Below are positions 52,574 through 64,000 of a stretch of 64,000 nucleotides of DNA, piece by piece (the first letter of the stretch is position 1; each line of letters opens with the position of its first letter). This DNA is from Octopus sinensis (taxonomy: Eukaryota). Both the position numbers and the translations under genes were made by a program. The notes under the pieces were generated by a model. That model was not told the origin of the DNA, ran no database searches, and saw only the letters and a list, made by a program, of their open reading frames with translations. The stretch covers positions 199,144,001 through 199,208,000 of the forward strand of contig NC_042998.1 of the NCBI RefSeq assembly GCF_006345805.1, read 5' to 3'.

Positions 52574-53074
52574 CTATATTGTCGATAAGAGGGAAAAAGA
52601 AACAAATTATTTCTATACGCACTCTATGTGTGCATGTATGTATGTATGTATGTATGTATGTATGTATGTATGTATGTATGTATGTATGTATGTATGTATG
52701 TATGTGTATGTATGTATGCATGCATGTATGTATATAGGTATGTATGTATGTATGTATGTATGTGTGTATGTATGTATGTATGTATGTATGTATGCATGCA
52801 TGTATGTATATAGGTATGTATGTATGTATATATGTATGTGTGTATGTATGTATCAATATATGTATGTATCAATGTATGTATGTATGTGTGTAAGTACGTA
52901 TGTATCAATATATGTATATATCAATGTATGTATGTATGTATGTATGTGTGTATGTATGTATGTATGTATGTTCTATCTTCTAATTATTACCACTGAATAG
53001 GGAACCGGTTTCCAACAAAGATACAAGGATCCATCTTTGAGATATATTTAAAACAGACAAATTCACATTTGGAA

Positions 53075-53450
53075 CCTGAGAAAAGTCTTGCATATCTTTA
53101 CTGTTCCACTTTCAGATTGCACCTGCAATGTACAAATCAGCCGGTCAATTTCTCTTTCTGAAAATCCCATTTTATCCAGATTCTCCTTTAAGCATTTACC
53201 AACAAAACCTAGTGCTCAAATTATTATTGGTATGAATATGAATTCATAGTCTGGATATAGAAGCTGGCGGTATCGAAGCAGCTGTCCACAGATATCCTTT
53301 TCTTCTTTGATTTTCAAAGAGATATTTATATCTGCAGGGCAGCTGGCCTCTATGATGGTACATACCTTTGACCCTCTGTGCCATACAACAATATCTGGCC
53401 TGTTTACATTTGACAGAAGTTTTGATGAGAACATTCCACCAGTATTCCTT
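53075..53450 (-). mobile_element. R4/Dong RLE endonuclease 3' fragment
   Basis: NRPDIVVW..IIEASCPADINI..EEK..IPIII. Confidence 0.75.
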
Positions 53451-53659
53451 GAGTTGTATGTATGTATGTATGTATGTATGTATGTATGTATGTATTTATG
53501 TATGTATGTATGTATGCATGCATCAGTGGAACGCCTTTTGGACGTCTTTTATTAAGAACACGTCTGTATTCTACCAGCAGTATATTGGATAGATATTATC
53601 CCTTAGTACATTTATATATATAAGTGTATATATATATACATTTTTATATATAAATCTGA

Positions 53660-53704
<45 letters not shown>

Positions 53705-53868
53705 ATATATATACACACATATATATATACACACATATATATATGCACACATACACACAAACATACGTGTGTGGGTCGTCTAAGAGACCATAAGTCAGGG
53801 AAAAGATGCACGCGTATATCTGTTAATAGAGTGAGTATATATTATCCGAAATGTACTTTATTAAATAT

Positions 53869-53974
53869 CCATCACAGCTGATCTTACTAATCGGTTTCGC
53901 GCAAAGAATACAATGGAATGTGAGGTAACAAACCAAATATATAATTTTACGCTCATCAGAGTCAGCCGATATGG
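53869..53974 (-). ncRNA. Type I hammerhead with long stem-loop II, sense to the GPCR intron
   Basis: ccat..cggctg act CTGATGA gcgtaaa-(40 nt)-tttgcgc GAA accgat T agt..cagctg..atgg. Confidence 0.7.
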
Positions 53975-54203
53975 AACCTGCTTTCTATCGTCGGAGGTGG
54001 ATTAGCACAACTGGTCAGCGGTTTACTAACTCCTAAACTAATCCACTGACCCCTTTTTCGTTCCACCACCTTTTTCACAAATTCTCTTCGAGCGAAACCT
54101 ATTGGTAAGACCAACCGTGATGGATATTTAATACTATACATTTCGGGGGTACACTTACACACACACACGCACACACACACACACACGTGTATATGTATAT
54201 ATG

Positions 54204-54235
<32 letters not shown>

Positions 54236-54249
54236 TGTATGTATGTATG

Positions 54250-54331
<82 letters not shown>

Positions 54332-54359
54332 AATGTATATGTATATGTGTGTGTGTGTG

Positions 54360-54650
54360 ATGGTGGTTTTAGGGTATTGCACTCATGATTGCGAGATCGT
54401 GGGTTCGATTTCCAAACCGGACGTTGCGTTGTGTTCTTGAGCAAAGTATTTTATTTCACGTTGCTCTGCGATCATTTCGTCATCTGATATGTGGCACCCT
54501 TTGCACCTGTACAGGTAATGTCAATTTGATAGAGGAAGCTAGCTTATGTGTACACAAACGTTTGATCACTATAAACAATTTATCTGTGTGGTCGTTCGAT
54601 GAGAAATTGTCGAACCCTTATGCGTCGTCTGACGACAGGAGACCATTATA
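54360..54650 (+). mobile_element. Old tRNA/CORE-type SINE
   Basis: GGGTTCGATT B box followed by GTTGTGTTCTTGAGCAAAG..TTTATTTCACGTTGCTC (CORE-like). Confidence 0.55.
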
Positions 54651-54707
54651 TGAACACACACCCACACACTCACACAGATGTATATACACATATATATAAT
54701 TATATGT

Positions 54708-54749
54708 GTCCCTTTCTGTAGAAGAGCGTAGGCTCGAAACGTAAAAGAC
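54708..54749 (+). ncRNA. Minimal hammerhead-like motif with damaged core (CTGTAGA)
   Basis: cttt CTGTAGA a gagc-gtag-gctc GAA acgt A aaag; same architecture as 39283 with covarying stem I. Confidence 0.55.
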
Positions 54750-54834
54750 TTTTTCTATTCCTGAGCGTTATACTAATACATTTGTTTGTTTTCTACACCA
54801 CCTGTCTTCGTCTTTTGTTTTTTTCGTAAACTCT

Positions 54835-54884
<50 letters not shown>

Positions 54885-54959
54885 CCACAAATTTATACTG
54901 ACAGGTGCGTATGTATGTGTATATATGTGTGTGCCCGTGTGTGTGCAGTTGCGTGTGTG

Positions 54960-55000
<41 letters not shown>

Positions 55001-55158
55001 GTGTGTGTGAGCGTGTGTGCCTGTGTTCGTGTATCTGTATATAATGAGACATATAGCATGTACAGTCCGACACATGAAAATAAAAGCAAAAAAGAAAAAA
55101 AGCAAGACAAAAGAGAATTTGTAAATGGTTTATTTCCGAGGGAATGGTGGCAAATTAC

Positions 55159-55245
55159 CTGAGCACATTTTCTCTGAAAATTTATGAGCTTCATCCTTTC
55201 GCTTTCGCCATAAATTGTTCCACATATTGTCATCTAGCTCATTAT
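55159..55245 (-). CDS. Relaxin/INSL receptor-like (LGR type C) GPCR, LDLa-LRR linker exon (most 5' exon found; gene 5'-incomplete)
   Basis: ttttactggtgtttcAG|...|GTaatt; phase 1-1; encodes xNELDDNMWNNLWRKRKDEAHKFSEKMCS, resembling invertebrate LGR3/4-type linkers; splices in frame to the LRRNT exon. Confidence 0.7.
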
Positions 55246-55311
55246 CTGAAACACCAGTAAAATGAAGAATAGCAAAGATTGGTTTTAGAACCAGTTATGT
55301 GTGTGCGTAAC

Positions 55312-55350
<39 letters not shown>

Positions 55351-55353
55351 CGC

Positions 55354-55386
<33 letters not shown>

Positions 55387-56830
55387 TAAGGTGGAGTGAA
55401 AAATGTAACTTTCGAAATTGGTAACAGAGAATCGATATTTTCTTGCAAATTAGGGTTAAATGGAAGGTGTATACTAACTTTGTGCTTAAATACTTTTCAG
55501 GCTCCGTAACGCAATTGAAAATTTTAAAAGTCGCTATTTTTGGTCGAACCTTGGATTTCATGGACCATAAGTCATAACAAATACAAATTTTTAAAACGGA
55601 GTATGGACAACAGTAAATATCGTATTCTTGAGATGATTGAATATCCAGTTTCAATATAATTGATTAATATCTTGAGGTTCCGCATCGACTATAAAGAGAA
55701 AGGGAGTGTAAATTTCTCTCCAGTACCGCTGCAACGGTTGATGTGTGTGGACGTACGTCGTACGTTTGTGAAGTTTTCTACTTGTACCTTCACTTTAGGC
55801 CGTTCCATTAAAATTAATGATTGTGTTAAATTTAGTGTTGTTTACATTTAATGGTAAATGATAAGTCAATAACGTGCCGTGATATTGAACGTCCCATATT
55901 TGGTACTCCGTGTGATTTTAGTGAGCAAGTTTCGCCAACTTACAAGGACGTACTTAAATGTGTTTTATTTGAACGAGTAAAAGAAAAGAATGTAGTTAAG
56001 AAAGATCATTCACTTAAACAAATTGTCAAGATTGTAGCAGAAAAGATAATTCTTCTTCGGCAAAAGGCATCCATTCCTTGTGTTACAATTGAGTCAGTTA
56101 AACCGAAAATCTTAAACTTTTATCCAAAGTGCCAAGCCGTACTAGAATCTATGAAAAATAGAAAAAATGTGCTATCGTTTCAAAAAAAGTGGAATGTGTT
56201 TAAAAACAATGTAACAAAAGATTTATTTGACATTTCCTGTTGCAAGTGCAACTCCTTTAAAAACTGCAATTGTAGTAGAGACAAAAATGATCCAGAGAGA
56301 GAACAAGATTGTTTACTGGATCAACGGACAAATAAAATAAAATGATCATTGGCGGAATAGATCAAGAAGTATATAAACATATAAACAGAACGTTCAGAGG
56401 TATTTAGTTACATGAAGTTATTTCGAATAAATTGGAAGTGTTAATTAATTTTATCACCAAAATGTGTCAAGAATCAAGAATTGGTTTACACGTAATTTTA
56501 TTTTAATGTGTGTGTAATCTAGGCCGCATGTAACACATATATTTGGTAACCTAGTATTAAAAATGATAAGGAAAACAAAATCGAAAGTCTATTTCACATA
56601 ATTTCAAAATTTCAAGTGCGTCACAGAGTCTGGAGGAATAAACTTTAGAGTTTGAGATTTTAACACTCCTGTTGTTAAAGGTTTTCGCAAAAGAAAATCG
56701 ATTCGTAACAATGAATGTAAAAAATAAAATGAGGAACGGCAAACGTGTTATAAATTGATTTTTCGTTCATTATTCAAAATGTCAAGTGGGCTACGGAGCC
56801 TGAAGATGCAAATTTAAGAGCTTGAGATTT
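55387..56830 (+). mobile_element. Degenerate DNA transposon (hAT-like, hATm-type N-terminal domain)
   Basis: ORF 55851-56345 with KASIPCVT..LFDISCCKC..CNC..LLDQRT, then MIIGGID; subterminal inverted ttcaggctccgta at ~55492 and ~56790. Confidence 0.5.
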
Positions 56831-57053
56831 CGCAATAAAAAATATATTCCTGATTAATATATTTCGAAAGTCTGTGTAAAAAGTACCTTTTTGTGTGCGT
56901 ATATTCGAAGAAATGAGGTACTCAGAAATTCGGATGGTTTTATATTTACAGATATTTATTTGTATTATTAATGTTTTTATAATCATATATATATATGTAT
57001 ATTAATATATAATATAAAATACCTGTACAATCATACCTCCCAAACCTATATCT

Positions 57054-57144
<91 letters not shown>

Positions 57145-57146
57145 AT

Positions 57147-58704
57147 TTATTTAATAGCAGCAGAAATATAACAAAACCTGTTTACTCAGAGTTAACGTTC
57201 CCGTTCGTCGGACAGTTTTGTTAAAATAGAACAGAAATAGCGATATGATCAAAACTAGTTAAAGGACCACATTTAAAAATGGATTTGTTTTTCATTGGTC
57301 CTTTCAAGTAACGGTCTTAAGCATGCGATAAACAAAATATACAAAATAAATGAATTCAATATAAATTCATCCTATTGTCATTTATTATATATGAAATATA
57401 ATTCGATTAATTACAATATGATTCGATTAATTACAAACAACATTATTTAAAAAAAAATGCCGAGTGCAGTGCAATAATAAAATTCAGATAAAATACATGC
57501 AAAATAGAACACTCTGTATCGAATTATCTATAAATTAAACGATTAATTAATAAATTAAATGATTAATTTAATCGTTTAATTTATAGATAATTCGATATAG
57601 GGTGTTATATTTTGCATGTCTTTTATCCGAATTTTATTATTATGCACTCGGTAATTTAAAAAAAATAATAATTTGTTTGTATATACGTCAGGACCTAGAC
57701 ATGTTTTTATGTGGATGTTTGTATTGTTGGTATGCATATGTATTCGTATGTATGCGCCTGTGTATATATGTAGGTAAGCGTGTATGTTTATACTTATACA
57801 CATACATACATGGATGTATATGTATGCATGTATTCACTTGAATTTGTGTGGATGTGTATTTACGTACTTATTTCTATATATTTATATATGTGTTCTTATA
57901 TGTGTATTTACTGCTAATATTAACTTTTATATACACATGTATACGTAATTTTATTTTGTGAACGTTCGTTACGCATAATCAGACTTCTTTCTTTCTTCCT
58001 TTCCTTCGTTACGGAAAAGTATTTTTTCTACTCCTATTCGTTACTTGTATTGAGTCCTTTAAATTTACGCCTACTCTTACTGCTTTAGCTAACTGTTGTT
58101 TATAAGAACCTTACCTTTTCATTTTCTTTTTATTCCCCCTGTCTGTGTTTTACTTCTAGTCTATATTTATACACTAAGGGATTTTTGCATGCGGGCAAGA
58201 TTGCGTACATATGTATACATATGTATATGTGTATTTGTGTGTATATTTACGTCTTACATATATATGTCTGCATATGTATGTGGTCTGTGTATATCCATCT
58301 GTGACTTTTGATGTATATATGTATATTGATGGTTTAGTATGCATATATACTGTTGTAAAATATTATAATTTTTATTGTATTAATTGTATTAATCGAATTA
58401 TATTTCATATATAATTACTGACAATATGTATTTTGAATCCGCTCTTCGATTTAAGGTTTTTCCTCGATTTTTTATAATAGGATGAATTTATATTGAATTC
58501 ATTTATTTTGTTTATTTTGTTTACCGCATGCTTAAGACCGTTATTTGAAAGGACCAATGAAACAAATCCATTTTTAAAGGTGTATCCTTTAACTAGTTTT
58601 GATCATATCGCTATTTCTGTTCTATTTTAACAAAACTGTCCGACGAACGGGAACGTGAAACTCTGAGTAACAGGTTTTGTTATATATCCGCTGCTTTTAA
58701 ATAA
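57147..58704. mobile_element. Nested fold-back Penelope pLTR-like element
   Basis: Outer inverted arms ~57147-57420 and ~58380-58704; inner palindrome ~57435-57548 and ~57565-57680; HHR motif near both outer ends; (TA)n on the left flank. Confidence 0.7.
58629..58681 (+). ncRNA. Type I hammerhead motif (U4C core)
   Basis: aacaaaactgt CCGACGA acg-ggaa-cgt GAA actc-t-gagt A acaggttttgtt; inverted copy at 57170-57222 has lost the GAA box. Confidence 0.65.
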
Positions 58705-58791
58705 AGCATATTACTCTACCTCTGGTATTTGAATACTCTTTTTTTTCCACCTTGCTTCACATTTATGTGCTTACTCCGGTATACACACACA

Positions 58792-58829
<38 letters not shown>

Positions 58830-59169
58830 CTTTGAAAGTCTATGAGAATTACTTAATACAGTTTTGAAGTGTACCGGTGATTTTGAAAGAAGATTATTTG
58901 TTTGAAAAAAATTTATGAAATCTATTATAAGGATGTTACTAACCTTTTTTGGGGAAAAAGTTTTTTTTAGCGTGTGAGCTCTTTCATTTAATCTTTTCAG
59001 ACGCACGTGCTTTTTTAGAGAAAAACTGCACGGATAATCTACCACTAAACACTACATTTAAGCACATTCATCCTAATCCTCCAAAGAAGTTTTTCCAAGA
59101 ACTATTATTGAACTCTAAAAGCATAAAGACTCTACAATGTATTGGTGTACTTATTTATTAATTTTTGTA

Positions 59170-59200
<31 letters not shown>

Positions 59201-59531
59201 TTTATTATCTAGTTTCAGCTCACGAGCTGTGGCCATGCTGGGGCATCGCCATTAATAAGGAAATACCGCTGCCCTGGGTGAGGCATATATAATATATGTA
59301 TTATTATTTTTTTGAAAAATCATTGTAAATTTCTTTTTTCCCCCTTCCTCAGTTTTAAAAAAAATTCTTTTCCCCTTCCAAATCTTGAAAACTTGCCTTA
59401 CAGTGAAAACCGGTTTGATTTATTATTTTTAATTTTTAAATTTTCCATACACTCATTTTTATTAAAATTTACTTTCAATTTAGCATTCTGCCTTATTATA
59501 ATTTCCTCTCCTACACACACACACACACACA

Positions 59532-59569
<38 letters not shown>

Positions 59570-59575
<6 letters not shown>

Positions 59576-59661
59576 GAAAGAATGGAGTTGAACGACGAAT
59601 TAACAAAATTCCTTTATTAATTCTTTGTTAATTCGTCGTTCAACTCCAGTCTTTCATTTAT
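59570..59661. repeat. Near-perfect palindrome, 38-bp arms, next to (TA)n
   Basis: ataaatgaaaga.tggagttgaacgacgaattaacaaa and its complement; 16-bp spacer. Confidence 0.85.
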
Positions 59662-61583
59662 TTGCATTTTAAAAACACACAAATTTCCACACGAAAGCAC
59701 GTGATCTCTGCCCTTGGCAAGTAGCTTCAACCGTGTTTTTCTGACGTGAATTTTCTACCCAGGTATCGGTTAACCGATTTATCCATAATAAGATAATTCA
59801 TTCAACTACTCTTATATATATATATATATTCACACGACGGGCTTCTTCCAGTTTCCGTCTGCCAGATCCACTCACAAGGTTTTTGCCCGGCCCGAGGCTA
59901 TAGTAGAAGATACTTTCCCAAGTACCATTTGGATGGGAAGCAAGCTTCTTACCAGTCAAACACGAAGAGGAAAATAGCAAGCTTTTACAGCAGATCACAT
60001 TTGTTTCTGCTTTAAATTGCTCAGTTTACATATACGCATCTTTATATAGGATCATTTTGTTGAATAATTTATATAATTATATATGATTCAGCGACAGCTG
60101 CATGCTGGGACTTCCTCAGATGAAATACGATTAAGCACTGTGGGGTCTCTTTGAGTCTCCTAATATATATAATGTCTGTTACTCTCTACCAATCAGTTCA
60201 TTAAATTCGAACAACGTATACTGTTGCCGTGACACAAAAACAAATACTAAAGCAAGATCACAATAATAGTACCAACAACAACACAACGAAGGCGACATTA
60301 ATGATACTAATAAAAATGATAATAATAAAAATAAAGCAAAACCAAATCTCTTTAAGTGATAGCGGTTAAAATGATGAAGCTGTAGATAGCTTTTACCAAG
60401 CGAGTAGAAGTGTGTCAATGGAGTAAAATAAAATAATAAATTTACAAATGATTTTATTTTCTATCATGCCTGTCTCCGTTTTCATTGCTTTGCTGTCATT
60501 TTTCGACTACAGGCATTTATCTTGAATTAGCAATTATCTTTATGCTTTTCGGCTGTTTAGCCTCAATTGACCTTCACGGTCCCCATTAGCCGCAACCTTA
60601 ATTTCATTCCTATAGTTTATATATATATTTTCTTACTTTTACTTTCGCACATGAACACACGTGAAATACACTTATTCTCAACTTATTCTCAGTCTTTCCC
60701 CAGTCAATCATGAGATTTGCTTACTGTCGAAGTGTATTTACTAAATCTGTTACTAAAATATTTGATCTGCATTCTATATCAAGCGTTACCCCAGGGTGCT
60801 TATTAGTTAATTAATCCTTATGTGTAACAACAAACTAAAAGGTTCTTTTATAGAATTTGAAAAAAGTAATAACAATGTTCCAGATAGATGCAGGCGTAGC
60901 TGTGTGGTATGAAGCTTGCTTAACAGCCACATGGTTCCGGGTTCAGTTCCACTGCATGGCACTTTGGGCAAGTGTCTTCTGCTATAGCCTTGGGACGACC
61001 AAAACCTTTGAGTGGATTTGGTAGACAGAAACTGAAACCCGTTGTGTGTTTGTGTGTATATATATAAATAAATAAATAAATATATATATAATTAATTAAT
61101 AAGGGTGAGAGAATTAGATACTAATTTAATAGTATATCTATTCAACACCAAGTGGCCCAGTGCTTCGAGAAACCTGGATTATTATAATATTTTATTATAT
61201 ATTATAATATTTTATACAAAAATAAATATAAGAGAATGGTCACTATGTGGCTCATTCTAGCACTAGAAAATCCAAAAAGGTTTCAACCACAAAATACATG
61301 TTTCCCGTGAAAGTCAGTACGATTGTTAGCTCACACGAACAGGGCAAATAAAAAATAACAAAAATACAGATTATTTTGGGACAATTGTTTCGCTATTAAT
61401 GAATTAAATGTAATTTTACTTACAAAAAACCCACTTGTAGCTCCTCGGCCAAAAACTATCTGAGGATATGACTCCAGGTCATATTTTATCAGTATCATGT
61501 ACTCCAAGGCCCTTAGTTATGCCACATATAGTTTTCTTTGTACCAGAATAAGTGTTCCTTAGACTACATTGTTTTAGTATCCA

Positions 61584-61880
61584 CTAGCAGTTCGGTTGGC
61601 GTGTGCTCGGTTTGTTTGTAAGGGAAATAACTCTATAAGCATTTTTTAGAGAGTTATAGCCCAAAAATAGCAAAAAAAAGAATTAAATGGAAAAAAAAAC
61701 TGATGGTAATATTTTTGTTTAATTTTAACTCATCGTAGACATTTATAGAGTTTACTTCCCTATATAATAGCGTATAAAAATGCATTAAAATTGAAAAAAA
61801 TATGGTAAATTATTTTTAAAATCGTTAGACTCATCGTAGACGCGCGGTAATATCCAGAAGGGCTCGTATTGAATCACGCG
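61584..61880 (-). mobile_element. Helitron family 2, 5'-truncated
   Basis: CTAG|T end on the minus strand; homologous to the 49428 copy. Confidence 0.75.
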
Positions 61881-62086
61881 TTTCTTAACATATGACTGTC
61901 TGTAGGTTTGTTCAAAGAATTATAATAATGTGTGTAAGCGGCTTGTTGTTCCATTAGCGGATGACTCGTAAATTCAGGTTGGCATTGTACTTTAGATGTT
62001 TATACAAGCCTTTGCAAAAGTTTAGACAAATCGTATATGGAAGAGAATTATAATAATTGCAATACGTCGATTATAATCACCCGAAG

Positions 62087-63585
62087 AGCGGCGAGCTGGC
62101 AGAAACGTTAGCACGCCGGGCGAAATGCTTAGCGGTATTTTGTCTGGCTTTATGTTCTGAGTTCAAATTCCGCATAGGTCGACTTTGCCATTCATCTTTT
62201 CGGGGTCGATTAAATAAGTACCAGTTACGCACTGGGGTCGATGTGATCGACTTAATCCGTTTGTCTGTTCTTGGTTGTCCCCTCTATGTTTAGCCCCTTG
62301 TGGGTAGTAAAGAAATAGGTATTTCGTCTACCGCTACGTTCTTAGTTCAAATTCCGTCGAAGTCGACTTTGCCTTTTATCCTTTCGGGTCGATTAAAAAT
62401 AGTGCAGTTTACGCACTGGGGTCGATATAATCAACTTAATCCGTTTGTCTGTCCTTGTTTGTCCCCTCTGTGTTTAGCCCCTTGTGGGTAGTAAAGAAAT
62501 AGGTATTTCGTGTGCCGCTACGTTCTGAGTTCAAATTCCGCCGAAGTCGACTTTGCCTTTCATCCTTTCGGGGACGATTAAATAAGTACCAGTTGCGCAC
62601 TGGGGTCGATGTGATCGACTTAATCCGTTTGTCTGTCCTTGTTTGTACTCTCTGTGTTTAGCCCCTTGTGGGCAGTAAAGAAATAGGTATTTCGTCTGCC
62701 GCTACGTTCTGAGTTCAAATTCCGCCGAGGTCGACTTTGCCTTTCATCCTTTCGGGGTCGATTAAATAAGTAACAGTTACGCACTAGGGTCGATATAATC
62801 GACTTAATCCGTTTGTCTGTCCTTGTTTGTCCCCTCTGTGTTTAGCCCCTTGTGGGTAGTAAAGAAATAGGTATTTCGTCTGCCGCTACGTTCTGAGTTC
62901 AAATTCCGCCGAAGTCGACTTTGCCTTTCATCCTTTCGGGGACGATTAAATAAGTACTAGTTACGCACTGGGGTCGATGTGATCGACTTAATCCGTTTGT
63001 CTCTCCTTGTTTGACCTCTCTGTGTTTAGCCCCTTGTGGGCAGTAAAGAAATAGGTATTTCGTCTACCGCTACGTTCTGAGTTCAAATTCCGCCGAGGTC
63101 CACTTTGCCTGTCATCCTTTCGGGGTCGATTAAATAAGTACCAGTTACGCACTGGGGTCGATATAATCGACTTAATCCGTTTGTCTGTCCTTGTTTGTCC
63201 TCTCTGTGTTTAACCCCTTGTGGGCAGTAAAGAAATAGGTATTTCGTCTGCCGCTACGTTCTGAGTTCAAATTCCGCCGAGGTCGACTTTGCCTTTCATC
63301 CTTTCGGGGTCGATTAAATAAGTACCAGTTACGCACTGGGGTCGATATAATCAACTTAATCCGTTTGTCTGTCCTTGTTTGTCCCCTCTGTGTATAGCCC
63401 CTTGTGGGTAGTAAAGAAATAGGTATTTCGTCTGCCGCTACGTTCTGTGTTCAAATTCTGCAGAGGTTGACTTTGCCTTTTATCCTTTCGGGGTCCATAA
63501 ATTAATTACCAGTTGCACACTGGTATAGATCTAATCGACTGGCCCTCTTCCCCAAAATTTCGGGCCTTGTGCCTAAAGTAGAAAA
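62087..63585 (+). mobile_element. SINE family B array: head plus 7 x 184 bp plus an old-subfamily terminal unit
   Basis: Units start at 62134, 62318, 62502, 62686, 62870, 63054, 63238 and 63422; diverged 18-bp TSD at 62069-62086 and 63586-63603. Confidence 0.92.
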
Positions 63586-64000
63586 GATTGTAATCACCTG
63601 AGGGGATGACTCGTAATAACGAGTTAGCATTATTATTGTTTGCAAGTACATTAAAATGATGAACATTCGTATATGCAATAAATATTAACGATCTGGAATA
63701 ATTTGTATAAGGCGATTATAGTCAAATAAACAGATGAAGTAACATTGCCATTTGAATGATTGTCAAAATGGTTATATTTGTGTATGTCTATTATAATCCT
63801 GCAGTAATTGCAATTTGAAAGGTCCAATGTCAACCAAGTAATGGTAATACGATGTTCGATGTAAAATCAAACAAAAGCATTTATTTCCAAAATGTAGGAC
63901 ATAAATAGAAACATGGTTAGATTTATTCTCTCAAAACAGAATTTTTGATAATTTCGTGCGAGACTATAAATTTCCTAAATCCCTTGTCAGTATTTAAAGC

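Noticed and set aside
59010-59150. Plus-strand exon-like segment (DARAFLEKNCTDNLP...)
   Set aside because: A good acceptor but a weak donor, no recognisable domain and no partner exons.
62134-63421. CRISPR-like or viral repeat array
   Set aside because: Units are contiguous 184-bp SINE bodies with no unique spacers; eukaryotic context; no cas genes.
63780-63835. LTLDLSNCN LRR-like peptide
   Set aside because: No flanking splice sites, and the position is upstream of LRRNT where LRRs are not expected.

Overview
AT-rich, microsatellite-dense eukaryotic DNA, most likely from an octopus. This is inferred from an octopod-like cox1 NUMT, the SINE families and the repeat landscape. One protein-coding gene is supported: a minus-strand relaxin/INSL-receptor-like LGR type C GPCR. 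I traced 13 exons with canonical GT-AG sites and consistent phases from 55245 to 16214: linker, LRRNT, nine 72-nt LRR exons, hinge/TM1-6 and TM7/C-tail, about 636 aa. Its LDLa and signal exons were not found and probably lie beyond the window. The rest is transposon debris: Penelope-like elements, R4/Dong, CR1, RTE and Tx1 LINE pieces, three tRNA-SINE families, Helitrons, mariner/Ginger/hAT-type elements and a cox1 NUMT. The most striking signal is a dense set of about ten type-I hammerhead ribozyme (HHR) motifs in short non-coding Penelope-pLTR/retrozyme-like elements. These include a very young ~353-bp tandem unit with an inverted second ribozyme (7806-8345) and a diverged relative (36870-37375). 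Catalytic cores include compensatory G3:C8 and U3:A8 swaps and a recurrent U4C. Several fold-backs have their apex at the ribozyme, and one core-intact HHR lies in sense orientation in a GPCR intron. A second signal is head-plus-(184 bp)n tandem arrays of a Meta-like SINE, always joined at the same internal site. All calls were made by eye, without folding, alignment or database searches.
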